Part shown: positions 12,424-24,870 of the stretch, one piece after another
Position numbering within the stretch: position 1 is the first letter of the stretch
Layout of the letters: the number at the start of each line of letters is the position of its first letter
The notes under the pieces: generated by a model
Seen by the model: the letters and a program-made list of their open reading frames with translations, nothing else
Databases searched by the model: none
Told to the model about the DNA's origin: nothing
Assembly: GCF_009834535.1 (NCBI RefSeq)
Contig: NC_045696.1
Location: 103,232,001 to 103,296,000, forward strand
Length of the DNA: 64,000 nt
Source of the DNA: Camelus ferus
Lineage: Eukaryota
Direction: 5' to 3'
Translations under genes and position numbers: made by a program

Positions 12424-13277
12424 GTACCAGAACCTGCCCTTAAACTGCCCCCTTCCCATACATTACTGCAGTTTCCTTTTATTAATTTCTATTAAACTAA
12501 ATTAAGAAGTTTCTTAATTTTAACTATTAATATCTTTAGTTTGAATCATACTGTATATGAGATAATCTGTTCTTATTGCTAACTTCGTTACCATCTCTTT
12601 TTTCATATTTAATTTTTTATATCTGAAAAATGGAATGATTTTAAAGATATCCAGTTTCTTAAGCATAAAAGATTCAAAATTTGGACTTCCAAAGGTTTTT
12701 ATATCATTATTCATGAAGGAGAATTCTAACTGTTAATGCTTCTGTTACACTCAAAGATTGACTCATCAAAATTATTCTTTATGTATATTTCCTGTAGTCT
12801 GGTTGTTATGGGGCAGGTGTAGCTTATTAAAGTTAAGAAGGCGGCTCTCATGAATGGAGCAAATGGAACAGTTGTAATGTTTAAAATAGTATTTTCTCTG
12901 ATTACAAAACCATTATTTTTATATTTGATGATTTCTGTTACATGCTATTTATGGTGTGTCATATTAATAGCTACCTATTAAATGGATGCTTGCTTTAAAT
13001 TTTCATTTGCAGGAATGGTAATAAATTACATTTAGTGCTAATATAACAGTTATGTTCTCTGATAGCCAGGTGAAAAGCAGGAGGCCTTGAGCCTCTTGTT
13101 TATTTGAGCACCTGTTACTGACTTTCAGTTAGCAAAAAATATTTCATTAATATTTTCTTTGGCATCTTTTTATAAATATCATGTAAATAAAACCACAGTT
13201 TTTATTATTCAAATTGGAGAGAACTATCATGGTTTGAATTGCCTCTAAATATCTTGTTGTTTTTTTTTTTTAACTAG

Positions 13278-13337
13278 AAACAAACAATTATTTGAGGTGA
13301 TGCAGAAAGAGATCCATATTCCTGTAAGAAAAATACG
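13278..13337 (+). CDS. GK5: Glycerol kinase 5, internal coding exon (60 nt)
   Basis: Long T tract plus aactAG acceptor and CG|gtatgt donor. Translates (R)NKQLFEVMQKEIHIPVRKI(R). Phases 2/2 are consistent with both neighbours. Confidence 0.95.
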
Positions 13338-13839
13338 GTATGTGAATTTTGTTTCTAACAGAGTTAATTAGAAAGTAGAATTAAGTGGCAGCTGCTCCTA
13401 GCATTTTCAGCATTATCATTATTCAGGATTTCAAAAAGAACTTACGCTTACGTCCTCTGCAGCAAAATACTTGGTCATAGGAATTTGGAGAGGAAGGAAA
13501 GCTAATTTTAGATTTATGGAAAATAAAGCACAGTGTGGAATTTGGGAGGGTCTTAACACCCTACATGTACTAGAAAAATCTTTAATATCTCTTTTTTTGG
13601 GTGTGTGGCTATCCTTTTAGCATGAAAGCATCAAATTTTCTTTGCTGGAATGTCCACATGAATTCTTATGTTAGCTTAGTTCACATGGCCTATTCTGAAC
13701 TAGTCCCAGGACAAGCAGGGTAGGTGGGAAAATTGATGGCAGGAATAAGGAAAAATGTTTAAAGATTACCTAGTAAGGTCCTCTATCTTCAGATCAATGC
13801 TCAGTGATATAATTTTGAAATTAAAAAGTTAAACTTCTT

Positions 13840-13998
13840 GGGGAGGGTATAGCTTAAGTGGTAGAGTGCATGCTTAGCATGTACAAAGTCCTGGGTTCAA
13901 TCCCCAACACCTCCCCTAAAAACAAATCAATAAATAAGTTAACCTAATTGCCTCTCCCCCCAAATAAAAAAATTTAAATATATAACTTAATTAATTTA
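13840..13998 (+). mobile_element. tRNA-derived SINE (Vic-1-like)
   Basis: ggggagggtatagcttaagtggtagag head; TSD aaaaagttaaactt. Confidence 0.92.
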
Positions 13999-14120
13999 AA
14001 AAAGTTAAACTTTAAAAATAAAATCAAGGATCTAAAAAAGATTGTGTGGCTCTTTTAAAAAGAATAATGTTTTCATGCTTTTGTTGCAGTAATTTATCTC
14101 AAATGCCTTGCTCCCCACAG

Positions 14121-14254
14121 GGCAGATGGAGGCGTTTGTAAGAACAGTTTTGTCATGCAGATGACTTCGGACCTGATTAATGAGACGATAGACAGACCGG
14201 TCCACGTTGATATGTCCTGCGTAGGTGCAGCTTCTCTAGCGGGCCTTGCTGTTG
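14121..14254 (+). CDS. GK5: Glycerol kinase 5, penultimate coding exon (134 nt)
   Basis: ctccccacAG acceptor and G|gtatgt donor. Translates (R)ADGGVCKNSFVMQMTSDLINETIDRPVHVDMSCVGAASLAGLAV(G), containing the DGG and GAA-x-AG FGGY motifs. Confidence 0.97.
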
Positions 14255-14584
14255 GTATGTGTGGATTTTACAAGAACAAGAGCAGTCTTGCAGACTGTCT
14301 CTTACAGATGGCATTTCACCTCCCAAATCACAAAAATATGGAGAGTGTCTGGAAAGCTTTGGAGGCCATTACACTCCATACACATAAGCACATCACTCAC
14401 AGAATACTCTTGTGACCTCCTCTGTGGGCGGGACATGTTGCCTCTCTTCCATCCTTCAGTCAGAAGTATGAGGCCAGGAAAATTCATTCTCAGCTGCTCT
14501 GGTCTTTGGCAAGGGAATGTCTCTGGGTAAGCTGTCTGATTAGATAAGCTGGTCTTTGGTATGAGAAACCACTCCATTCTTTTA

Positions 14585-15170
14585 TTTATTGAACATTTAT
14601 TTGTTGAGCACTTGCTTTATTCCCAGTCAGTGCTGGGAATAAAGAGTTTACATGCCATAATCACTTGAGACTTGCTGCGTTGCCGTGCCGTGAGAGTCTC
14701 CAGTGGGAGCAATCAGACAAGTCAACCCATCATTATACTTGTGTGATAAATCCAGTGAACAGCCGTAGTATTAAGCAACTAGTAGTGTGAGCTTTCCCAG
14801 AGGAGACAACATGTCATTTCAGTTTTGAAGAGGCTAGCAGACAACCAGATGACGAAAGGATAGAGGTGAGTGGTCCACTAGAGAGGGCAGCTCATTGCAA
14901 AGGTACTGCCCAGTTACAGTGCTGGTAGGATGAGAGCAAGACTTGAGGCTGGAGAGGTACATGAAGGTGTGGTTGTGGTGGCCTCGTAAAGAGGAGTTTG
15001 GACTTGATCTTGAATTCATTGAAAAGCTACAGAAGAATTTTAAGCCGGAGAGGGACATGGATAGATCTACATTGGAACAGATCACTTTGGCCATTGGTGA
15101 CAGGATTAGTTGGGAGGGGATGTGATGTGGGGAGGCCAGTTAGAGGGCTCTGTAGGAAGCAAGATGGCGC
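14585..15170. mobile_element. L2 fragment
   Basis: atttattgaacatttatttgttgagcac...aaggagtttggacttgatc...tttaagccggagagggacatg..agatc. Confidence 0.65.
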
Positions 15171-16944
15171 TTGGGACACTGGGACTATTTTCACGTGTTC
15201 CTCTATGGAAGGGAGGAGTGTTTGTACAAAACAGGATATTTTTACCCTTAAAAGTTTAGGCTAATATTTAGCAATGAAAGTTACAGATCCAAAAAGCACA
15301 AAATCTTGATAAGTTCAGCTTTATTCTACTAAAAATCTGTTAACTTTGAATAAAATTGAAACAGTCACTCTCATTTATTCATTGATGTTTGATTAATTCA
15401 AGTTGAAGAAAATAACTTTTCCTTAAATAATCATTCCCATTTACAAATTTAAATCCCTTTGTGTGTGTCAACTCTTTTAATATAGTTGATTTATTTTTAA
15501 TAATTTCACTTGTCTAACTGAGCCAACTCAGAACTATAACAGCGAAAAATATTCTCAAGTACTTAGACAACTCTTGAAGAATGAATAAATTAAGCTTATA
15601 ATTACAGTAAGTCAAATGCTCATAAGCATTCTAATATTATTTATAAGGTTATTCAAATTCTATTTACACTTATCACCTTATAAGACTAAATACGTCAAAT
15701 TCTCTTGGACATTTAAAATACTTTAAATAACAAACACATGCAGATTATTCTTACACATAACGCAGTGGCTTAGTTGTATCTCCTTCATTCTGTCTATATT
15801 TAATTTCAAAACTTTTCAATACAAAGGTACTTCAGTAACCACAGGGAGCAGTTTTACCTTCTCAGAACAATCTGAAGTTTCTGGTTGGATTACTTCTCTC
15901 TCAGAAATTTGAGACCTGAAGGCTATGCAAATCCTCTGTATTTTCAAAATTCACCCAGAAACTGGGCCTATTCAATACAAACTTAATAAAATGACTTTTA
16001 AAAGTATGTAAATAATAAATTCTGAAAAATAAGAATTTTGAGAACATATTTTCACGAGTAGATTTATCTTAGTATACTAATAAAAACTATTTTTAATCTT
16101 TTAATAACGTCTATAAATTAATTAATATCTTTAAATATAGACAGTCTAAAATGCTGATTTTGTAAAAAGAAAGAAAGTGACCTATCAGAAAATATTAGAA
16201 GAAAGAATTTTATGTGTCAGCCTTATTGGTAAGAGAAAATGTATGTCTTGAACACTTGTCAACAGGTTAATACTTGACTAGATGAGGTGTTTGTACCAAG
16301 TTTATTAACAAGACATTGCTAGCATTTCAGACCATGTATGATCTTCGTTATAAATGTGTTTTCTTGCTTTTTTTTTTAATTATAAATCACATGATCCTCT
16401 TTGTAAAAAAACAGTATATGCCAGAACTACAATTTTATCTTGAACTGGAATTTAAAAGCCTTGTATGAAATGCAATAGTTTAAAAAAGAAACTATTTCTT
16501 ATATTAATTCCCAACTTGGAGTGTTATACATACCCTAGGGAGCTGCTTCTTACCTCAGAATATATGACAAAAAGTTTAATTTATCTTTGGTGTTTTTAAG
16601 TTGTATAAAAAGAAAATACACCATTTCTTACTTGGATTTTTTGTTGTTGTCCTCAGTAGCAAGTCATGAAGTGAAATGACAGGGTGTGGTTGCTCTAGAA
16701 GTGATTTGAGACCCTTCCACACAGAAATAAAGCTGATAGTTAGAAACCAAAAGATTTGTAAATCCTGGTGTATTTATTCCTGAGGAGTAATAAATCTAAC
16801 AAAATTCAGAAGCAACAAAATTTCCCGGGTTGCATTCTGCAGGAATAACTGTTTCCCTTAGCACTCGTTTGCATAGCTTTGTGGATATACTTGATGGACT
16901 CATTATTGCCTTAAAAACTTGAGAGTAAATTTTTTCATCTGTAG

Positions 16945-17093
16945 GGTTTTGGACTGACAAGGAGGAACTAAAGAAACTGAGGCAAAGTGAAATGGTTTTC
17001 AAGCCACAGAAGAAATGGCAAGACTATGAAATGAGCATGGGCAGCTGGGTCAAAGCAGTGAGACGCTCCATGAACTGGTACCACAAGTTATAG
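16945..17093 (+). CDS. GK5: Glycerol kinase 5, coding part of terminal exon to the TAG stop
   Basis: tttttcatctgtAG acceptor. Translates (G)FWTDKEELKKLRQSEMVFKPQKKWQDYEMSMGSWVKAVRRSMNWYHKL*, the glycerol-kinase C-terminal WxxAVxRS motif. Confidence 0.96.
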
Positions 17094-19391
17094 CACTGCC
17101 GGGATGGTGGAAACGGCCGACGGCTGGTGGCTGGGGCGTGCGATGAGACGAAGCTCCAGAATAATGGTACAACGATGCCTGAGAAGAAATTTAGACTGAG
17201 CTTTGCCACCCCAGAGAAAAAGCATTGCTTTTTTTGGGGGCGGGGGGGGAACTCCTCATTTCAAAAAATCTAAACCTTGGTAAGATTGTAAGGCCACAAT
17301 ACCTCAGAACTTTTAATCTCCTGTTTTGTAGCAAATTCCAAAGGACATTAGCCATTTCCAAGCATGTTTTGACAGTCACGGCTCCTCCTCCTTTTTATAC
17401 TGGGCCAATATGAACATATTTCTTTGCTATCTGAGTTAATAGTTCTGGGTCAAGCACCATTTGTGTTTTGCTCCAAAATTATGTGAAAGTGTTCCCTAAT
17501 TCTTTAAAATTAAGTGAGCTATTTGAAGTCTATATAGCTAAAAAGAAAGAATAACTGAGGACATGTGGGATTTTGAAACATTAATGCCCTAATTTTTTAA
17601 ACACTTAAAGCCATGATTGTTCAATTTTATATCCAAGTATGAGCTCAGTATGTCTTTCTCAGATAGGCTTATTTGGTAGTCCGTTCTTTCCTTGATTGGG
17701 CTTAAGAGATAACTCCCTTAATTTTTCCTTATTTAACCAAAAATTGGAGCTTTCTTTAATACTGAAAAAATAGTTGTAGTTAATAAAACTCAAAAGGGTA
17801 TTGATTCATAAGGAACAAGAAAAGGCTAGACTTTACTTCTTAAGTAGCATTTCTTTCAAAAACTGGCTAAAGTATTAACATCCCATTTTTTTACAAAGTG
17901 CAGATAGTAAATATAAATCTTGCCTTTCTTCCCCTGTCCTCCCTCTTATTTGTTGAGATGCTAACACAAACATCTTTTGTTTTTATCAAGTGCCTAACTG
18001 ACAGGGCTTAGTTTAACGGAAGTGACCTAATTCACTGGTGACTGAAGAATCGCCTTCGTTGGGGTATTTTACCTACCCAGGTATTTTTTTCATTTTTCGT
18101 CCACTCTACTCATCTCTCTGAGATTTGTGCAAGGGAGTAGCTGCCAGAGGTGATGGGAGTGTGTTCATGCTAGTGACTGCCCCTTGGCCACCGAGCCAGA
18201 CACCCACGGAGAGGAGCAGGGAAGATTCTACACGTGCAGATTCCCTTGCTGGAAACAAGGTAGGAGGTGTAAGAGCTGGGTGTGGCATCAGGCCGGGTAA
18301 CATTTTCCTAAGGCAAGTTGACCACCTTCCAACCTGTTCTCATGTTATTCGCCCCTCCATACTTGTGAGCTAGATTCACTTTAGATTTGCAGCAATAATG
18401 TATTTATTTCTCTCTGGGTCAGGCTTATCACGTAAAGTCCTACTGTTAAAGAGCTAGCTGTTAAGTAATAATGTAATTTAAGAGGTGACTGTTGTAGGGA
18501 ATTTTGCTGTTGCCGTGGTATATACCCATTTCAGACAGGTAATAGATACTAAGATTCGGAAATATTTTTGTTAAGTGCAGGCGTTTTGTTTAATAAGTCA
18601 GATCCCCTTATGTAGATAATATCTATTCTTGTTTTCATTCTTTCTGCTTTCCACGTTGTTTACAAAGCTTAGTGGCCAATTAAAAGCTTTCTTATCAAAT
18701 TCATATGGAAGCCACTTCGTTTTACTATTTCTTATAGATTCTGCTTCTCAATGGGTATGATTTCCATAGGAAATAACTGTCTTTTTGTATTGGGATATGC
18801 TCAGTTGTAACATTATTAATACTTGAAAGTTTGTTGGTTCATTTATTTTCTGCATTCTTCTTTCTACTCATAAAACCACAAAATAAAGGAAAAAAAGCCT
18901 TTAGATAATGTGGGAAAATACCTTTGAATGTCTTTCACTGGAATTGAGCATCTTCTCAAAAATCAGTGGCAAATTTTTTTTCTTCTGTTGCCCTAGAAAT
19001 TAATGTTTATTTTTAATATTTCTGGCCTTTTTTTTTAAGTAACACAGTTTATTAAGTCCTTTGTCAGATTTTACCTAAATCAGAAATGTGTCCACTTTTG
19101 CTTTTGTGGTTGTAGAAACTGTTCGTTATCAAAATCAATTGAGAAAAAAAAATCATCCTATCTTTCAGGTTTTTTTTCATGTGTATGCTAATAATTCAAG
19201 TTAAAAAAAATTCTATGCTAACATTTCTCGGCATATTTTATTTTGTCACTATGGATCTATCAGAGTTTTTAAGAGGTCTGTAGCTATCTTATCAAGGAGA
19301 GGAATCTTCCTGTACAATCCTTAGAGTGGTACTAATTGCTTTTATACTGTAAACTTAACTGATTTTTAAATTTTTGTATGTCCAGCCATGA

Positions 19392-19599
19392 CATGGTTTC
19401 TCAACCTCTGCATCATTGACAACTGAGGCTAGAGAATTCTTTGTTTTGGGGTGCTGTGCATTATAGGATGATGTTTAGCAGATCCCTGACCTCTACCTGC
19501 TAGCTGCTGGTAGCATTCCTCTCCTTATGGTGGTTCAGAATGTCTCCAAACACTGTCAGATGTCCCATGGGAGACAGTGGCCCCAGGTGAGAACCACTG
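19392..19599. mobile_element. MER20 (hAT-Charlie MITE), near full length
   Basis: Terminal inverted repeats catggtttctcaacc / ggtgagaaccactg, ~208 bp, with internal aatgtctccaaacactgtcagatgtccc characteristic of MER20. Confidence 0.8.
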
Positions 19600-21109
19600 A
19601 TGTAGTCTGTTGGAAGAAAATTGAAGACTCAATGAATGTAGACTGTCTATCATACTCCTTTTCTCTCTGCCTAGGAAATGGTTGTTCGCAGAAAAGAAGT
19701 GGTAGTCTCTTAAGATAAATAGAGCTTCTACTTTGCTGGTTAATGAGGTAAAGAAAAAAAAATCTCATGTTGTCATTGTCTTCTGCTGTTTTTATCCACC
19801 CACCCCCACCCCCAGGTCTGTATCCTCTGCGGCCTTAATGAGTGAGTTTATGATTTCAGTATAGAATTAGTGTAGTCTGCAGATCATCTTTGATTTGATC
19901 TGCCTTCTTGTTTCCATTCCATCTCTGAACAAAGGAGATGATCACTCCTTTTATCTGCCTCTGTCCAAGCCTCCACCAAACTAGAAGTTTCCTGAAAGCA
20001 GAAACTGTGTCTACTTCTGCAGAACTTGACTCTGTGCCTTCATATTTGTAGCATGAATTTTTACTTTGTGTTTATAAGTGCAACTTTCTTTTTGCGTATA
20101 CTTTTTATCTTTGATCTTACATATTGATGTTACATACATTTTTGGATAGGGAGCAGCTTACACTTTTTGCAAAATGTGTTTTGTTGGATTAAGAAGGACT
20201 ACTTTGCTATGAGAACTGTAAGCCTAATACTTTTTTATTTTAAAATTCTTCATATGTTTGTATACTTGTATCTGTATTTGTGTGGAGACACACATAGTTA
20301 TATTAACTTTCTAAGGTACAACCGGCGCCTTTCCATTCACAGGTTTTGTGTACTTGACCGCATGTGACTAACAGACTGAATCTTAAGAATGCCAAAGACT
20401 CTGGTATTAGAGGGAAGATACTTCAGAAATGGCCCCTTCTGCAAGGCACTCCTGCTGATGAGTAGTCTTTAATTAAAAATAATCTAGCTCAGGAGTTTGG
20501 CAATCATTTTAAAATTCTTTGAGGGGAGACATAGCTGGAGTTCCTCAACTTTAAGCAATTCCAGATCATCCCAGAGATAAGCCTAGAAGGCTTGAATCTA
20601 CCCCAGAGGATTCTTATTTCCTTTGGGAAATTTATAGCATGGTTCTCAATTAGAATTAAAATCCCAAACACACCCTGGAACTATCTGGTCCCAGAGTTAT
20701 CATCTTGTATACCCAAAGCCAGGTTGTCTGGTTAAAACCAGGCTAAATGGGTAACCCCAAAGAAGTTAAAGAGGCTTCAGGAATCACATTGGTTTCTTAA
20801 GTTTTGGGTCCTCAGAGCTATAACTGTTTTGGTACCAGCGTCTATTCTCAGTCACTGGCTATTTAGTCATCATATTCCCAGGGGACCTTTGCTCCCTAGA
20901 GGGATGCACAGATGAGCTTGGGAATGGCAATGTTAGAGGCAGGAACCTGCAGAATGAGATGTTTCTGAAATTCTCTGTTACTTGGTTTCCACTGTCCGCC
21001 CCCCTCCCCCACTTTACATTACTTTTGGTTTATTAAAATAAAATGGCTATGTCTGTACAGGTATCTATTTTGTTTAGAAAATGAATAAGGTTTCCAATTT
21101 AAATGAGCC

Positions 21110-21410
21110 ATATCTTTACAAGAAGCTGCCAAGCAGTTTTCCAGAGGAACTGCACCATGTAACATTCCCACCAGCAGTGCGAAAGAATGATCCAGTTTCT
21201 CCACATTCTCACCAGCATTAGATGTTGTCAGACAGCATTTTTTACTTGAGCCACTGAGATAAGTGTGTGGTTTTTCTCATCGTGGATTGAATTTGCATAA
21301 TTAATAATGATGTTGAACATCTTTTTGTGTGGTCTTTTGCCATCTGTTTATACTTTTCAGTGAAAAGTCCGTATCTTTTGTGCATTTGGTAATTGGGTTG
21401 TTTGCTAGAT
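21110..21410 (-). mobile_element. Old L1 fragment, antisense
   Basis: ctgccaagcagttttccag...cattcccaccagcagtg...atgatgttgaacatcttttt. Confidence 0.75.
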
Positions 21411-22489
21411 GAGCTGTACCTTTTTTAAGTAATATCTTTTTTACAAAGTTAAAAAAAAAATCAGCCCAGTGACTTGAGAAGTCATTAAGTAGCATTTTCA
21501 AATCTTTCTGGGCAAAATGTATATAACATTTGAACATGACTTAAGAGTTCTCATATTCCTTCCATACTCATTATATAGTGTGGTACTCATAGCAAAAAGT
21601 TTCAAAGATACCTTTACTTAGAATGGTAAGTAAAATGTATAAATATGTTTTGTACATAGCTATCATAATGGTTCTAATATTTTTAATTTAAAATGAGCTG
21701 ATTTGTATAACTATTTCAGGGTGATTTTGTGGGAAATGAATTCAAAATGTTCCTATTTGTGCAAAATAGTTAATATAGATTCCAGTTTATATGCATCAGT
21801 AAGTTTACAATCATATTTCTCTGAGATTCTTTACGTATTTTGTAGTTTTATTAAATAGTCATTGAGAACCTCGTAAATCATCATCAAGATCTATACATAA
21901 AATCTAGAATGCAGAAGAAAAGGAATCTTTTTCATAAGTATGGGAATTTCCCCCTTCCCTTTTTGTCTACTTTAACTTTTGGATTTATTTTTAAAAATTT
22001 TTTACCTAGAAATTCTCATTTAATACTATTTCCTGTTTGGGTTTCTACACATCAAGAATGTCACAGAGAAATAAGCATATGTTAACTGGAGTTTGACTCA
22101 AGATATATTTGGGCTTGTGTTTCCTTTTTAACTGGAAGGGGAAAAAAATGGGCCTTAGTGTGGTTAGAGAAGAAAGGTTTTCTGTAACCTTCCCTCTTTA
22201 GATCCTGTTTAGGCTTATTCTATATTCTACATTCTTTCACAAAGGAAATTACTAGAGAAGAGAGTTAATTCTTTGTGGTGGAAAAGAAAAAGAATGATAC
22301 AATATGTTGTGAAAATATACTGTCTATTTAAATGTTTAGAAAAATGTTAAATAACTGGAGGAAACATGATTTCAAATACTAATTTGATGGAATTAAACTA
22401 GCAGATGTTTAAAATCCCTTATGAAAATTATCATTAAAATGATTTGAGAAACAATAATGAAACAGTGAATGACTGATCGATACATGTGT

Positions 22490-22535
22490 ATTAAAGCCAT
22501 CTTTATTATGTGTTTCTCTGTTCGTTGCTTTGCAT
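22490..22535 (+). terminator. Candidate distal polyadenylation signal of GK5
   Basis: TGTA immediately upstream of ATTAAA (22490-22495), then a downstream element tatgtgtttctctgttcgttgctttgc. Confidence 0.4.
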
Positions 22536-23709
22536 TCACACACCTATATAGCGACCTCCCGATGGTGGTAGAGGCTTCAGTTGGACAATCTGGATCCCAT
22601 TCCCTGACCAAAGCAGAGAATGAAACCACGGTTTCATTTCATAGTAGGGATTTTGAAGGATGATAAACATTCAGTTATCAGGAGAAAGGAAGGGGTTTGG
22701 CTTTGATTTGATTTTTGTTCAAAGTAATAGTCCAATGAGGAGGACAAGGAAGGGGCATTATGGAAATACGTGGAGCTGACTTGTCTGAAATTTATCTGAC
22801 TATAAATTACATTAAATATTATAAAATCATTTTTACAGAATCTGGCTCATGCAAAGGAAGTTGTAGGAAAAATAAATGGGGATGACAGGGAGTGTTAGTG
22901 GATTTTTTGCTATTTAGAAAAAGAAACAACCTATTAAGTGGTGACGATTTTAAGGCAGATGCCTTAGACTTACTAAATTCCCCTTCCCCCGACCCACCAC
23001 GTGGGCAAGAGCATTCACCACCAGATCCCAAGGAGCTCTCACATCCTCTAACCCAGCCTGCAGGATTGTCCTGTCTCTCCCAGAAAGTCCTGTCTCTGTC
23101 GGCATCCCAGCTTCGTTAACCAAACTGTCAAGAGCTGAGAAGAATTTGTAATTTTACTCTACTTGGAAACTAGCAAGTTAGCCTCCCACTGTTCCATGGC
23201 TACTGGCAGGAGATATGAAACTCCTGGGTCAGAGATTAAAGTCTTTATTACTCATGATGTAGCAAACATCATGATCTTCATATTTGCACTGGTTCTCTTT
23301 GCCTCTTTACTCCTATGGTGAGTGTCCAGGTTGATGCTGTGCACACAGTGGGTTTGCAGTATCAAGCTTAGGAAACTTGAGCCTCTTGTAATGGGCTGCA
23401 AGTAAGGATGCCTGATTCTTGAGCTAGAGGAAATTATTTTTATTATATTGGACAGGAAACAAAACTGCCCTCTACTCTGGAGGGAGACACTCTCTGTTTT
23501 GCGACAGAGGCCTCAGTGATCTGCTTACAAGACAAGCAGGAATGAGAGAGCCACACGGAATTGCCTGCCAACAATAAATTCATTATCTTGATTGTGACAG
23601 TGGTTTCATGGGTGAATACATATGTCAAAACTCACCAAATTACTTACTTTATGCATGGTTTATTGTATGTCAGTTTCACCTTAATACAGCAGGAGGGAAA
23701 AGGCCTTGC

Positions 23710-23835
23710 TACTTAAATATGTTGTGGAGACCAGTAGCCTCACTGTCACCAGAGTGCTTTTCAGAAAAGCAGAACTTTAGGCTTCATTCCAGATTTACTG
23801 AATCAGGATCTGTATTTGAATAAGATCCCCAGTAT
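23710..23835. mobile_element. MER5-like hAT MITE fragment
   Basis: ccagatttactgaatcaggatctgtatttgaataagatccccag. Confidence 0.65.
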
Positions 23836-23879
23836 TTATAGAGTTTTTTTTAAATTAAAGAATAGTTGATTTCCAGCAT

Positions 23880-24330
23880 TTAGTTTTTTAACTTTTTATT
23901 TTGAAATAATTTTAGACTTACAGAAAAGTTGTAAAAGTAGTACACCGAGTTCCCCATTTCCCCATCTTCTCCTAATTAACATCTTACATAATTACTTAAA
24001 CTGAGAAATTCACATTGAAACAGTAGTATAAACGAATCCACAGACCTTATTTGAATTTTGATAGTTTTCCAGCTGTTGTCCTTTTTTGGTCCAGGATTCC
24101 ATCCAGGATCCAACATTGCATTTAATTTTCATGTCTTCTTAGTCTCTTCCAATCTATGACAGTTCCCTAGTCTTCTCTCATGACCTTCACATTTTTTAAG
24201 AACCCTGGCAGTTATTTTATAGAATGTTCTTTGGTTTGGACTGACCTGATATTTTCTTGTGATTAGGTTAAGGTTCTTAATTTTTCTTGGAATACTGCAG
24301 AAGTGATGTCATGGCCTTCTCTGTCAGGAG
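23880..24330 (-). mobile_element. L1MC-like 3' end
   Basis: tttattttgaaataattttagacttacagaaaagttg...ccaggattccatccaggatcc; related copy at 38825-39370. Confidence 0.75.
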
Positions 24331-24389
24331 CTGTTGCCTGTCCTCCATTGATTATTCAATTATTGACCATTTGGTCACCTCTGGCCCCA

Positions 24390-24870
24390 CTTCACATCCT
24401 CTTAGCCCACCTTTTTTATTCCAGTTGTTGCAGCAGTCAGCTGCCCAGGTGAAACCTGATAGCACCTTACTTTACCAAATCTCTTGTTTTCTGAGCTGGA
24501 ATTTCTCAGCCTCCCTGCTGGGAATACTCATTTGAACCCATTTTGTTATCTTCCAGCATGGTCAAACCTGGAAGTTAGAGAGCTGGCACTGAATGGGTAA
24601 TGTTTAAGCAATGGGAAAGGGAGCCAGTGTATAAATAACGCTCCTCTTTTGTTCCTTACGTGGACAATTCTGAGGTGTGTTCTTCATAGCTCCTTGGAGA
24701 CTACCCTGCACCATCCAGCCTCGGGGGCCTCCAGCAGTTATCATCTCAGTAACATATCCTTGGCTTCGTCTTTCCTCCTTTGTGTCTCATGCTTCCTAGC
24801 CCCTACTCCTGCTCCTTGGAATCGTTTTCCAGAATAAGCCACCTGCACGTGAGAATTTTCTCAGAGTGGG
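24390..24870. mobile_element. ERVL (LTR16-like) solo LTR
   Basis: gggagccagtgtataaata..tggacaattctgaggtgtgttct...aataagccacctgcac. Confidence 0.55.

Larger units (their letters stand above)
17094..22520 (+). other. GK5: Putative long GK5 3' UTR (end uncertain)
   Basis: AT/U-rich, largely unique sequence after the stop. Candidate poly(A) signals are AATAAA at 17782 and 18882, and ATTAAA at 22490 followed by a GU/U-rich tract. Confidence 0.5.

Noticed and set aside
14155..14415. 86-aa ORF starting MQMTSDL as a stand-alone gene
   Set aside because: It is the penultimate GK5 exon read through its donor into intron.
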